Shown: piece after piece, positions 51,321 through 60,456 of the stretch
How the letters are laid out: every line of letters starts with the position of its first letter
Position numbering within the stretch: the stretch's first letter is position 1
Source of the DNA: an uncultured Gemmataceae bacterium
GTDB taxonomy: Bacteria; Planctomycetota; Planctomycetia; Gemmatales; Gemmataceae
Direction of reading: 5' to 3'
DNA length: 64,000 nucleotides
Assembly (NCBI GenBank): GCA_963750165.1
Contig: CAVVPN010000003.1
Span: 480,001-544,000, forward strand
Position numbers and translations under genes: made by a program
The notes under the pieces: model-generated
What the model saw: only the letters and a program-made list of their open reading frames with translations
What the model was told of the DNA's origin: nothing
The model's database searches: none

Positions 51321-51404
51321 AGATTGCAGATTGCTAATCGCAGATGGCAAATTGAAAGACAGACAGGTTGTTGGTTTGTCAATTTGCAATCTGCAATTTG
51401 CAAT
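51321..51404. repeat. Heptamer-based palindromic repeat
   Basis: (AGATTGC)n ... (GCAATCT/GCAATTT)n. Confidence 0.75.
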
Positions 51405-51416
51405 CGAATTTCCGGT

Positions 51417-51899
51417 TCAAGGTGCCTGTTGTGCCGGCTGGCGGAACAGCACCATATCATGTCGGCGGATGATGACGCCGGGCCGGCTGTCCAGCCGCGG
51501 CCCCATGGTATAGACCCCGAACTTGCCGGTGGTCGTCTCGGCCAGGTACAGCGCCGACTGGCCGTTGGTAACGATGCCGGTCGTCATCAGGAAATGCACG
51601 TTCTGCTTGGGTTGGATGCCGAACTCGCCCACCAGGTCCACCTCCGCCCAGGCGATGATGCGAGCGGTGTTGCGGTCGATGACCGTGCCCAGCAGCTTGC
51701 CGGCACGGTAGTCCAGCAGCCAGACGCCCTCGGTCTGCGCATTCGGCAGGACCGCCACGTGGCCGGTGCAGAGGATGAAGTCCTCATAGCGGTCGTTGTA
51801 GGCGTGGACCTCCTTCGGTTTGCCGACGTACAGCCACACGCCGCCCGCCCCAAGGACGAGCCCTACCAGTAACGCCAACCACTGGTTGAGTCCTTTCAT
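51417..51899 (-). CDS. Hypothetical protein with N-terminal TM
   Basis: GGAGG RBS; WLLDYRAGKLLGTVIDR, LYLAETTTGKFGVY. Confidence 0.7.
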   Translation of the reverse strand: MKGLNQWLALLVGLVLGAGGVWLYVGKPKEVHAYNDRYEDFILCTGHVAVLPNAQTEGVWLLDYRAGKLLGTVIDRNTARIIAWAEVDLVGEFGIQPKQNVHFLMTTGIVTNGQSALYLAETTTGKFGVYTMGPRLDSRPGVIIRRHDMVLFRQPAQQAP

Positions 51900-52057
51900 G
51901 CCACCGCCTCCGCACGCGCCCGGCAGTCCTGCCGGGCCAGGTCTGCGCCAGCGCCGCCAGCAATCACTATACCAAAGGGACAGCGGCGACACCACTGTTG
52001 TTGGCTCGCCGCGCCAACAGGGTTTACCCTCTTCCTTTTCTGACGAAGGTGCCCCCC

Positions 52058-53113
52058 ATGCGCAATCACCTCGTCCGCCGGTTTGTCGCCCTGCTTTCCG
52101 GGCTGCTGCTGTTCGCGGCCGTGGTGGCCGGCTGCCGCAATCCTCCCGGGCCGCCCCCGGACGAAACGGGGGGCAAGGGCGAGCGCACCGTCTTTTTCTG
52201 TTTCTGGAACGCGGAAAACTTTTTCGACGACCAAGACGATAAGCGCAAGGGCCCGGGCGACAAGGAGTACGACCCCTGGTTCGCCAACCACCCGGAGGTT
52301 CTCAAGTTGAAGCTGGAGAAGCTGACCGAGGCGTTGCTGAAGATGAACGACAGGAAAGGCCCGGACATCATCGCCCTGGTGGAGGTCGAGAGCGTCCGCG
52401 CCGGCGAGTTGCTCAAGGACGCCCTGAACGCCAAACTGGATAAATCCCTGGCGTACACCAGCGTGGTGATGCGGGAGGTGAAAGTGGGCCGGCACATCGC
52501 GCCGTGCGTCATCACCCGGCTGCCGGTGGAGGCGGATCGAACGCAACAGCTCGACAAGAAGATGCGCATCCTGAAGATGCACGTGATAGTGAATGATCGA
52601 GAACTGGTGCTGTTCGTGACGCACTTCACATCGCGGCTGAGCGGCGGCAAGGAGCGGCGGGCGGAGTACGGCAACAAGATTTACGGCGCCTACCGGGCGA
52701 TGGTCACGAACAACCCGAAAGTCGATGTGCTGGTGTGCGGCGACTTCAACGACGGGCCGGACGACGTGAGCATTGTGCAGCACCTGCACGCGGTGGGCGA
52801 CCGTGCGGCGGTGCTGAAGTCGGGCGACGAGCCGAAGCTGTTCAACCTGATGGCGGGCAAGGACGCGAAGGAATACGGCACCTACTACGAGGGCCACTGG
52901 GACATGTTCGACCAGATCATGGTGTCGCCGGGCATGCTGGACCGTCAGGGTTGGTGGTGCGACGAGGCGTCGGTGCGGCCGTTCAAGGAGACGGCGCGGC
53001 CGAAGGACCGGCTGGGCCGGCCGTGGCGCTTCGGCAACCCGAACGACATGGCACCGCGCGGCTACAGCGACCACTTCCCGGTGACGCTGCGGCTGCACGT
53101 GCAGGGCGGCTGA
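52058..53113 (+). CDS. Endonuclease/exonuclease/phosphatase family lipoprotein
   Basis: VAGC lipobox, WNAENFFD, EVE, GDFND, FDQI, YSDHFPV. Confidence 0.92.
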   Translation: MRNHLVRRFVALLSGLLLFAAVVAGCRNPPGPPPDETGGKGERTVFFCFWNAENFFDDQDDKRKGPGDKEYDPWFANHPEVLKLKLEKLTEALLKMNDRKGPDIIALVEVESVRAGELLKDALNAKLDKSLAYTSVVMREVKVGRHIAPCVITRLPVEADRTQQLDKKMRILKMHVIVNDRELVLFVTHFTSRLSGGKERRAEYGNKIYGAYRAMVTNNPKVDVLVCGDFNDGPDDVSIVQHLHAVGDRAAVLKSGDEPKLFNLMAGKDAKEYGTYYEGHWDMFDQIMVSPGMLDRQGWWCDEASVRPFKETARPKDRLGRPWRFGNPNDMAPRGYSDHFPVTLRLHVQGG

Positions 53114-53170
53114 CGCCCTGGCACCGCCGCCCTGCCCAGGGGCAAATTCGGCGAAATCCTGGAATCCTGC

Positions 53171-53200
53171 TTGTAAAGGCGCGTGTGTGCCTGCTATACT
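53171..53200 (+). promoter_or_regulatory. Sigma70-like promoter
   Basis: TTGTAA-18 nt-TATACT with TG extension. Confidence 0.55.
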
Positions 53201-53296
53201 TTGAGAGGAAAGTGAGTTGGAACCCCCCGCAGGGAGCGATCACTACTCCCTTCGTCGATTCCCACCTGAAGACTCCCAATCAGAAGGAGGAGCCTC

Positions 53297-53443
53297 GTGA
53301 TTGAACTGGGGCTGCCGGAAATGCTGGTCATGGCGCTCGTGGCCGCGACATTCTGCTACCTGCGCTGGCCGTTGCCGAAGGCCGTGCCCTGTGTGGCCCC
53401 TGCCAGGAAAGCCGCTCCCGTCCGCCCGAAGCCGCGCCGCTGA
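53297..53443 (+). CDS. 48-aa single-TM small protein (TatA-like N-terminus)
   Basis: AAGGAGGAG RBS, GTG start; MIELGLPEMLVMALVAATFCYLRWPLPKAVPCVAPARKAAPVRPKPRR. Confidence 0.6.
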   Translation: MIELGLPEMLVMALVAATFCYLRWPLPKAVPCVAPARKAAPVRPKPRR

Positions 53444-53604
53444 GGCGCTGGCGCCCGACCGTCAGCCGGAGTTGTTTGCCCGGCCTGAATTCGTGCTTGT
53501 GTTGCAGAATCGAGGGCTGTTATAGTGGCCAGAGAGCGGGTAACGTGGCCCCGCCTGGCAAAGCGGCCCGGTCCAGGTGCCACCGATCGAACGAGGATAC
53601 TCCG

Positions 53605-53907
53605 ATGACATCACTGTTGGCGATCTTCAACCTCGGCACCCCGGAAATCATCGTGCTGCTGGTGCTGGGTGTGCTACTGTTCGGCCGTCGGCTGCCCGAA
53701 GTGGGCCGCTATCTCGGCAAAGGCATTGTGGAGTTCAAGAAGGGCGTCAAGGGTCTGGAAGACGAGATGGACATCAACGGCAACGCCGCCGCCGCGCAGG
53801 CGCCGCAGGTGACCAGTGAGCAGATCCGCGCCCCGCAGCGTGTCGCGGCCACCGCGCCGAAGTTCGAGGACGCCCCCGCGAACATTTCCGCGCCGCCGCG
53901 CGTCTAA
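53605..53907 (+). CDS. tatA: Twin-arginine translocase TatA/TatE subunit
   Basis: LGTPEIIVLLVLGVLLFGRRLPEVGRYLGKGIVEFKKG. Confidence 0.93.
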   Translation: MTSLLAIFNLGTPEIIVLLVLGVLLFGRRLPEVGRYLGKGIVEFKKGVKGLEDEMDINGNAAAAQAPQVTSEQIRAPQRVAATAPKFEDAPANISAPPRV

Positions 53908-53998
53908 TCCAACGACGACCGGGTTGCCTGTTCCTGTGGTCGGCGGCGGGAGCGTCCGCAACAATGCCGACGACAGCAACAGGCAACCTGCTTTAGCC

Positions 53999-54071
53999 GG
54001 GCGCTTAACTCAGCGGCTAGAGTGCTATCCTCACACGGTAGAAGTCACTGGTTCGAATCCAGTAGCGCCCA
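53999..54071 (+). tRNA. tRNA-Val(CAC)
   Basis: GGGCGCT/AGCGCCC acceptor stem, anticodon loop CTCACAC, GGTTCGAATCC T-arm; CCA not encoded. Confidence 0.93.
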
Positions 54072-54180
54072 CTCAGCTTAAGTCCTTTGCCGAACGCATT
54101 TTAAGCGTACCCATTCGCGGTGAATGGTGCAGCCTGGAAGTGAAAACTTCTCCGTAGTCTACGGAAAACGGGCTTGCATC

Positions 54181-55083
54181 ATGTCCAAACGTACCCCTTC
54201 CCTTTGCCGCCACAAGGCGACCGGCCAGGCCGTCGTGCGGATCGACGGCCGCGATTTCTACTGCGGCGCCTACGGCACCCCCGAAGCCCAGGCCGAGTAC
54301 GACCGCTTGATCGCCGAGTGGCTGAGCAGCGGCCGCTGCCTGCCGGAGGCCGCCGACACGCTGACCGTCAACAAACTGATCCTGGCGCACTGGCGCTGGG
54401 CGGAAGCGTACTATCGTTGGGGCAAGCGCGGCGGTCAATGTCTGCGATATGCCCTGGCAGTCCTCCGCGACCTGTACGGCCACACCCCGGCCAAGGAGTT
54501 CGGGCCGCGTGCCCTGAAAGCGTGCAGGCAACGCATGATCGAAAAGCGCTGGTCCCGCACCTACACGAACACGCAGACGAACCGCATCCGCGGCTGCTTC
54601 AAGTGGGCCGCCGAAGAAGAATTGTTGCCCGGCAGCATCCACCAAAATCTGAACGCCGTGGCCGGTCTTCAGGCTGGGCACACCGAGGCCAGAGAAACCG
54701 AGCGGGTCAAGCCCGTGCCGCAGGAGACGGTGGACGCCACGTTACCGCACCTGCCGAAGCCCGTCCAGGCGATGGTGCGGCTTCAACTCCTGACCGGCTG
54801 CCGGCCCGGGGAGGTGTGCGCCATCCGGCCGGTGGACCTGGACATGAAGAACCCGGCGTGCTGGGTGTACCGCCCCGGCAGCGACCAGGGACCACACGGC
54901 CAGCACAAGACCGCTCATCACGGACACGACCGGCTCATCCTGATCGGCCCGAAGGCCCAGGAGGTGTTGCTCCCGTACCTGGGGACGAAGCTGGACGCCT
55001 ACTGCTTCAGCCCGGCGGAGTCGGAGGCGCAACGCAACGCGGCCAGGAAGGAACGGCGACAGACACCCATGACGCCCAGCGAC
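54181..55083 (+). pseudogene. Tyrosine integrase, 3'-truncated
   Basis: RHKATGQAVVRIDGRDFYCG N-terminus, LTGCRPGEV, HKT; HxxR/H/Y motifs absent and the frame runs on into unrelated sequence up to 55587. Confidence 0.85.
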
Positions 55084-55706
55084 ACGTCGAAGATCATCGG
55101 TTTTCTCCTGTTCGTTCTTGGTAACACGCTTTGCCGTCAGAACCTCCGGAAGGCTACCAATCGTGACGGCAGCGGTGGTGACGGTGGCAGCCCACGCCAT
55201 CGGCGAGTTGGGCGTCCGCGGGTTGTCATTGAGCACGTGGACCCGGCGCTTGAGGTCGCCCCGGCAGGGCGATCCGGTGGTCGCTACTGTGCTGCAACGT
55301 CAGGCCCATGCGCCGACTCCCAGGAAAACCCCCGCGCCCATCCGGGGGCGCCGCGGGAATGGTATCAACGGCCGCTGGCGTTTCAAAAGGGGCGGGGGCA
55401 ACCCCGCCCCGGGATCGCGGCTGACCCAACTGCGGTTTGGAGCGTGATGGCCCCCAATGTCGGGGCTGGGCACCCCGCCCCGGAGTTAGCCCCGCCGCAT
55501 GCTCTGACAGTCACCACCGCAGTGACCCACACTACCCGCGCAGCCAGGGGCGGACGTAGCGGCCTGCGGCTACCCGTTCTGGGCTAGAGTGAGGCCGGGT
55601 CAGCCCCATCCGGGCTGCGGGTCATCGCTTCCGGTTAAGGAAAACCATCACCGTTTGGAAGATGATACTGAGCATCGGCAACGTGAGGCGAGGTCGCTGC
55701 TCGCGG

Positions 55707-56477
55707 TCATATTTCCTTCAGTGTCATGTCACCTTCTTCGGTGCACGCTTTGACGGTGTAATGGGCTCCGTTGTCGAGGCGGTGCTTCTTTGGTGCATCC
55801 CAACCGTTTGCTGTAATGCGGATAGCGTCTCCCGCTGCCAGAGAAAGGCCCGCCGGAGCGTGGACGGCGAAGTGGTCTGCTCGCGGAGGTGATACCGCAC
55901 GAAGCAATTCATCTCCTCCAATTCGGTCGCCTGCTCTAGAAGCTCCCGAATCTCGGTGGGGCTGAAGGACCTCCGTGCCGTCGTATCTTTCCCGATCAGC
56001 TTTCTCAGCTTCCGTCCAAGCCAGCGGCCGAAGCGTCTCGAATGCTCGCTCATCCTTCCACTTCCCTTCCGCCTTCAGCCCGCGGATCTCGGCGGTGATT
56101 CCGTCTTTCTCAACGTGCGTCGGCGCCACGATCAGAACGGGCTTTTTCGTTCACCGCCGCCACGTAAGTCATCGACCTGGAGCTTGTTGCGGTCGAAGAT
56201 CGGCACCCGATGAATGTAGTCCAGATCGATGAGCATGTCACGGGCTTTCAGAAAGTCGCCCGCGTCGCTCGCGGCGCCGGTCTGTTTGTACATTCCTTTC
56301 TGCCTGCGGATGTCCCGCAACTCGGCGGCGGGGAGGTTCGCGTATTCCTGAAGCACGTTGAACATGTTGCCGTGTCGCCCGCCGCTCTTGTGCTGCTTCG
56401 AGTCGCGGCACCGCAAGTGCCGACGGATGCCGCGGTCGATGTGACCCAATTATTCTCGCTGCGCGAGAACGCCATCG
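55707..56477 (-). pseudogene. Degraded MobF/TrwC relaxase-helicase fragment
   Basis: AELRDIRRQ.G.YK, WTEAEKAD, LAAGDAIRITANG..HRLDNG..YTV; broken frames; interrupted by IS110 element 2. Confidence 0.7.
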
Positions 56478-56504
56478 CCAAGGAACCGGGGGCGCTATGT
56501 TAAG

Positions 56505-56695
56505 CCCTGGCGGTGTGTGTCTCGACTCGGGCGGAAGAATGGTGGCGCAGACTCCCAGGAGTCTTCCCCGTATGTGACTCTGAGCCGGGGAGGTTTTCGG
56601 CCTCATCACTGGTGACCCCGACCCGGGGGCTCCGCCCCCGAGCGCGTGGTTCCCGTTTGCAACAGTGACTCGTGTTTGACCACTGCCGCCTCCCC
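56505..56695 (+). ncRNA. Candidate IS110 bridge RNA (element 2; ends approximate)
   Basis: Multi-hairpin left non-coding end after TATGTT; contains TTGCAAC identical to the right-end donor sequence. Confidence 0.5.
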
Positions 56696-56756
56696 CGCAC
56701 ACCGCCTCTGGGCACGCCCATTCCTTTCCCGCTCCTGTCCTTTGCGGAGTCCTCCC

Positions 56757-58271
56757 ATGACGGCACCCACGGCCAGACACCCACCCGCCTCCCCGCCTCC
56801 CGGCGCCCAGCCCGCGCAGGCGCCGGCCCACCGCCAGGCCTACCGCCGGCGCAAGACCCGGGCCCAGGACCGGCGCGACGCCCGTCAGCGGCGGGAGGCC
56901 GCCCGGGTCGAGGCCCTCCCCCTGCAACGTCCGCACGCCGCCGGCATCGACGTCGGCTCCCGCTCCCACTGGGTCTGCGTCGGCTTCACCACCGACGCCC
57001 ACTCCGGCTTGATTCAAGAGTTCCCGGGCCACACGGCCGGCCTGCAAGCCGTTGCCGCCTTCCTGCGGGAGCATCAGGTCACCTCGATCGCCCTGGAATC
57101 GACCGGCATCTACTGGATCCCCCTGTACGAACTGCTCCAGGCCGAGGGGTTTGAGGTCCTGCTGGTCGATCCCAGCTACAGCCGCCAATTGCGCGGGCGC
57201 CCCAAGACGGACCGCCGCGACTGCCAGTGGATCTACCGGCTGCACAGCGTCGGCCTGCTGGCGGCGGCCTTCCGGCCCGATGAGCGGACCTGCCAGTTAC
57301 GGGCCTACCTGCGGCAGCGGGCCAACGTGATCCGCCAGGCCAGCCAGCACGTGCAGCACCTGCAAAAGGCGCTGGAGCAGATGAACCTGAAGCTGACGGA
57401 GGTCCTCAGCGACATCACGGGCCTCACCGGGCGGGCCATCCTCCGGGCGATCCTGCGCGGGACGCGGGCGCCGGAGAAGTTGGCCAGGTACCGCGACAAG
57501 CAATGCAAGGCCAGTGAGGTGGAGATCGCCCAGGCCTTGACCGGGTCGTACCGGGAAGAGCACCTGTTCGAGCTGAGGCTGGCCTACGAGGCCTGGCAGT
57601 TCTCCCTGGGGCAAGTGGCGAAGGTGGACGCGCAGGTCGCCCTGCAGTTGGGGCGGATGAAGTGCGACCGCGCCTTGCCGCCGCTGAAGCCGAAGGCGCG
57701 GCCGAAGCGCCGCGCCGACTCGCCCCGCTTCGACGTGCGGACGGCGTTGTACTACGTGGTCGGGTTGGATTTGACGGAGATCGAAGGGGTCAGCGACTTG
57801 ACGGCGCTGACCGTGGTCAGCGAGATCGGCCCGGGGGTGTCGCAGTTCGCGACGGTGAAGCAGTTCTGTAGCTGGCTGGGGCTGTGCCCCAACTGGAAGA
57901 AGACGGGCGGCCGGGTCAAGTCCAGCCGGACGCGCCGGGGGGTGAACCGCGCGGCGCAGGCGCTGCGGCTGGCGGCCCAGAGCCTGCACCACAGCCAGGG
58001 GGCCCGGGGCGGGTTCCTACGGCGCATGAAAGGGCGGCTGGGGGCGCAGGCGGCCGTGACGGCGACGGCGCACAAGCTGGCGCGCATCGTCTACCTGGCG
58101 CTGAAGCACGGCCTGCCGTACGTGCGTCAAAGTCAGGAGGAGTACGAGGCCCAGATGAAAGAGAAGCAGATCAAGGCGCTGTGGCGGAAAGCACGCCAGC
58201 TGGGACTGGACATCGTTGAGCAGGCGGCGGCCGGCGCTCCGGCAGCGGCCGCGGCGTCGGCGCAGGGGTAA
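56757..58271 (+). CDS. IS110 family recombinase/transposase
   Basis: GIDVG, LESTG, KTDRRD (DEDD); CPNWKKTGG; ATAHKLAR. Confidence 0.95.
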   Translation: MTAPTARHPPASPPPGAQPAQAPAHRQAYRRRKTRAQDRRDARQRREAARVEALPLQRPHAAGIDVGSRSHWVCVGFTTDAHSGLIQEFPGHTAGLQAVAAFLREHQVTSIALESTGIYWIPLYELLQAEGFEVLLVDPSYSRQLRGRPKTDRRDCQWIYRLHSVGLLAAAFRPDERTCQLRAYLRQRANVIRQASQHVQHLQKALEQMNLKLTEVLSDITGLTGRAILRAILRGTRAPEKLARYRDKQCKASEVEIAQALTGSYREEHLFELRLAYEAWQFSLGQVAKVDAQVALQLGRMKCDRALPPLKPKARPKRRADSPRFDVRTALYYVVGLDLTEIEGVSDLTALTVVSEIGPGVSQFATVKQFCSWLGLCPNWKKTGGRVKSSRTRRGVNRAAQALRLAAQSLHHSQGARGGFLRRMKGRLGAQAAVTATAHKLARIVYLALKHGLPYVRQSQEEYEAQMKEKQIKALWRKARQLGLDIVEQAAAGAPAAAAASAQG

Positions 58272-58594
58272 AGAAGCGGAAGCGGGTAGCAGAAGTGGTG
58301 GGCCGTGGGGCGGAGGAGGAGGACGAGGAAGGAGAGCCAATCAGACAAGTCCGTGGCCCTGGCGGGGCACCCTGCGCCGAGGAGAACCAGGGAGAAAGAT
58401 CGCCTCGCTGCTCTGGGCAAGCCATCGGTGGGAGGTTCCTTGCAACCTCAGCACCCAACAGCATGACACAAGTACGCTTCGGGGGTCGGGACCGCCGCGC
58501 GCACGGCCATCCGGGCACACCGGTTTTCGAGCCTTTCCCACGCCGACACGGTAAAACACGACATTTCCGCGGTCTCGACCCCTCCCACCGGGGC

Positions 58595-58737
58595 GCGCAC
58601 TTGCTGCGCGTACAGCGGCAGGGCCCGGGTGCCCGCCGCCAAGGCCGCGCGGGCGACGGTGACAGGGGATTTCGTGGTGAACATGCCCCGTTAGAGAAGC
58701 CTCGGAATCTCATGGATTCCGAGGTTTTCTACGGAGT
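58595..58737 (-). pseudogene. Stub of a DDE (IS5-like) transposase with its left end
   Basis: MFTTKSPVTVARAALAAGTRALPLYA resembles the N-terminus of a planctomycete DDE transposase; preceded by hairpin AGAAAACCTCGGAATC..GATTCCGAGGCTTCT. Confidence 0.45.
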
Positions 58738-58758
58738 TGGCGCGGCCCCTTCACAGGG

Positions 58759-59139
58759 CTATTTCTTCTTGGCTTCGCGGAATAGCGGAGCCTGAGCCAG
58801 GGTGAAGAGAACGACTTCCTCGCCGGTAACGGTGCTGATGTCGTGATGCAGGCTCAGCACCTTGACGCCAGTGGCCGCCTGGAGCATGGCCTCCAGGAAG
58901 GGGCGGGCGGTTTCAACCAGCTGAGTCCGGACTTGTTTGAGCAGGTCTCTGCCCTTCTCTGGCGGGAGCGTTTTGACCAGTTGTTGTTCGGCCGCGGTCA
59001 ACACCCCCATGAGACGGACCACGAGCAGGTCAGCGATCAGGTGGGTGTGGATGTCCTTGGGACCACGGCCCATGTACTCCAGTTCAAAGCGGCGCATGCC
59101 CTCGGAGACGGCGGCTTCGATCTCCCCTTGCGTTTTCAT
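58759..59139 (-). CDS. DUF2294 / MpsC family protein
   Basis: MKTQGEIEAA..YMGRGP..LLVVRLMGVLTAAE..VLSLHHDISTVTGEEVVLFTL. Confidence 0.9.
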   Translation of the reverse strand: MKTQGEIEAAVSEGMRRFELEYMGRGPKDIHTHLIADLLVVRLMGVLTAAEQQLVKTLPPEKGRDLLKQVRTQLVETARPFLEAMLQAATGVKVLSLHHDISTVTGEEVVLFTLAQAPLFREAKKK

Positions 59140-59262
59140 GGCAGCCTCAACGAGCCTCCGGTGCCAGTCTCAGGTCTGCACGGGAGAAACGCCCGCACCG
59201 GCGGAACGCGGTCCTCGACTCCAACCAACCTGCATATTATCCGACGCGGGGCCATAATCCAC

Positions 59263-59290
59263 TTGTATTTTGGCTCCTGCCCCGTAGAAT
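59263..59290 (+). promoter_or_regulatory. Sigma70-like promoter
   Basis: TTGTAT-16 nt-TAGAAT in an AT-richer intergenic stretch. Confidence 0.6.
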
Positions 59291-59296
59291 AGCTTT

Positions 59297-59460
59297 GAGA
59301 GGGCTGACATCGCTGATTCTCGGTCGGCCCCGAAATCCCTTGATTTGCTGTCGTCGGATGACTTGATAAGGGGCAACCCGGCTGAACCGGGGGGTCCGTT
59401 GACGAGTATGCCGGCGTGGTCGGAATACCCAACGGTGTTCGGCCACGCCGGCTTTTTTTT
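59297..59460 (+). ncRNA. Candidate structured leader RNA (riboswitch/attenuator) or sRNA
   Basis: Lies between promoter and intrinsic terminator; stems GGGCTGAC/GTCGGCCC, TCGTCG/TGACGA, GGG-GCAA-CCC, CCGG-CTGAA-CCGG. Confidence 0.5.
59410..59460 (+). terminator. Intrinsic terminator upstream of a start codon
   Basis: GCCGGCGTGGTCGGA..TCGGCCACGCCGGC followed by T8; 47 nt before ATG 59508. Confidence 0.8.
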
Positions 59461-59507
59461 CGCAAACGGTGGTGCGGAGCGGCCGTGATCACCAAAGGCT
59501 AAACAGG

Positions 59508-59978
59508 ATGAACCAGTCCAACGCAACCATGGCGCAGCAGATCGCCCAGGCGGCCAGCGCGTTCGAGCGGCGGCGGACCGGACACGGGCCCAGGTCCGTT
59601 ACCGTGGTCCTGAGCGCGGACACGCTGGTGATCACGCTGCACGGCGCCCTGTCGCCGGCGGAAACGGTCCTGGCGAGCAGCCCGGCGGGCGCCGCCCAGG
59701 TCCAGGAGTTTCACCGGCAGTTATTCACGAACTCGTCCGAGGAGTTGCGCCAGGAGATCAAACGGATCACCGGGGTGGAGGTACGCGAGGCCGCCTCGGA
59801 GGTCGAGACGACCACCGGCACCGTCGTCCAGGTGTTCACGACCGGGACCATGGTGCAAGTGTTCCTACTGGCCCACGGGGTGGCGCCGGGCACCTGGAGC
59901 GGGGCCGACCCCGGCGTTTTGGAAAAAGCACCACAGCTCGATGGCGAACTTAAGGGGCAGCGGCCAGGCAGCCTGTGA
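59508..59978 (+). CDS. DUF2294 / MpsC family protein
   Basis: AQQIAQAASAFERRRTGHGPRSVTVVLSADTLVITLHGALSPAE..ITGVEVRE. Confidence 0.85.
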   Translation: MNQSNATMAQQIAQAASAFERRRTGHGPRSVTVVLSADTLVITLHGALSPAETVLASSPAGAAQVQEFHRQLFTNSSEELRQEIKRITGVEVREAASEVETTTGTVVQVFTTGTMVQVFLLAHGVAPGTWSGADPGVLEKAPQLDGELKGQRPGSL

Positions 59979-60044
59979 CGCGGGAGCGTGTCCCGCGTGG
60001 GGCGAACTCGGCCGAGTCCTTTCCAGGTGTGAGGAGTGATGAAC

Positions 60045-60332
60045 ATGACCGTGGGTACCCTTCTGAGTTGGATGTTGTGCGGGCTGATCGTGGGGCTGAT
60101 TGCACGCCTCCTGGTCCCTGGGCGTCAGAACATGAGCCTGCTCCTGACGATGGTCCTGGGGATCGTCGGGGCGGTCGTGGGCGGCTTCCTTTACTCGTTG
60201 ATTCAGGGGGTGCCGGCAGAGCCGTTCTCGCTTGCCGGCAACGCCTGGCACGGCTGGATCGTGGCTATCCTCGGGGCCGTGCTCGTGCTCTGGGCTTACG
60301 GGGCCTACTACCCAAGGCGGTGGTGGCAGTGA
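60045..60332 (+). CDS. GlsB/YeaQ/YmgE family stress membrane protein
   Basis: [33 protein letters not shown]. Confidence 0.9.
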   Translation: MTVGTLLSWMLCGLIVGLIARLLVPGRQNMSLLLTMVLGIVGAVVGGFLYSLIQGVPAEPFSLAGNAWHGWIVAILGAVLVLWAYGAYYPRRWWQ

Positions 60333-60456
60333 CCTCCGCGTGTGGCGGGCGCCCCGTCCAGGGGGTATCGACGGGGCAACCACGCCTCCCGCCCGCTCCG
60401 GCGCCACCCCGGATTCTCGTGGATTGGACGAAGTCGAAAGGATAATTCCGCAAGCC

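Larger units (their letters stand above)
56478..58447 (+). mobile_element. IS110-family element 2
   Basis: Subterminal IR CAAGGAACC (56479-56487) / GGTTCCTTG (58434-58442); CC core at both junctions. Confidence 0.8.

Noticed and set aside
54124..55587. Full-length 487-aa integrase with a novel C-terminal domain
   Set aside because: The tail after about 55083 is low-complexity read-through lacking HxxR and Tyr motifs
55330..55620. oriT of the decayed element
   Set aside because: GC inverted repeats are present but no nick-site consensus that I can recognise
59278..59292. GCCCCGTAGAATA as the partner TIR of the transposase stub end near 58737
   Set aside because: It faces away from the other end and is better explained as the -10 box of the leader promoter
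59365..59400. GGGCAACCCGG..CCGGG as a c-di-GMP-I riboswitch
   Set aside because: Lacks the GAAA loop and the ACGCAAAGC consensus segment; kept only as an unknown structured RNA
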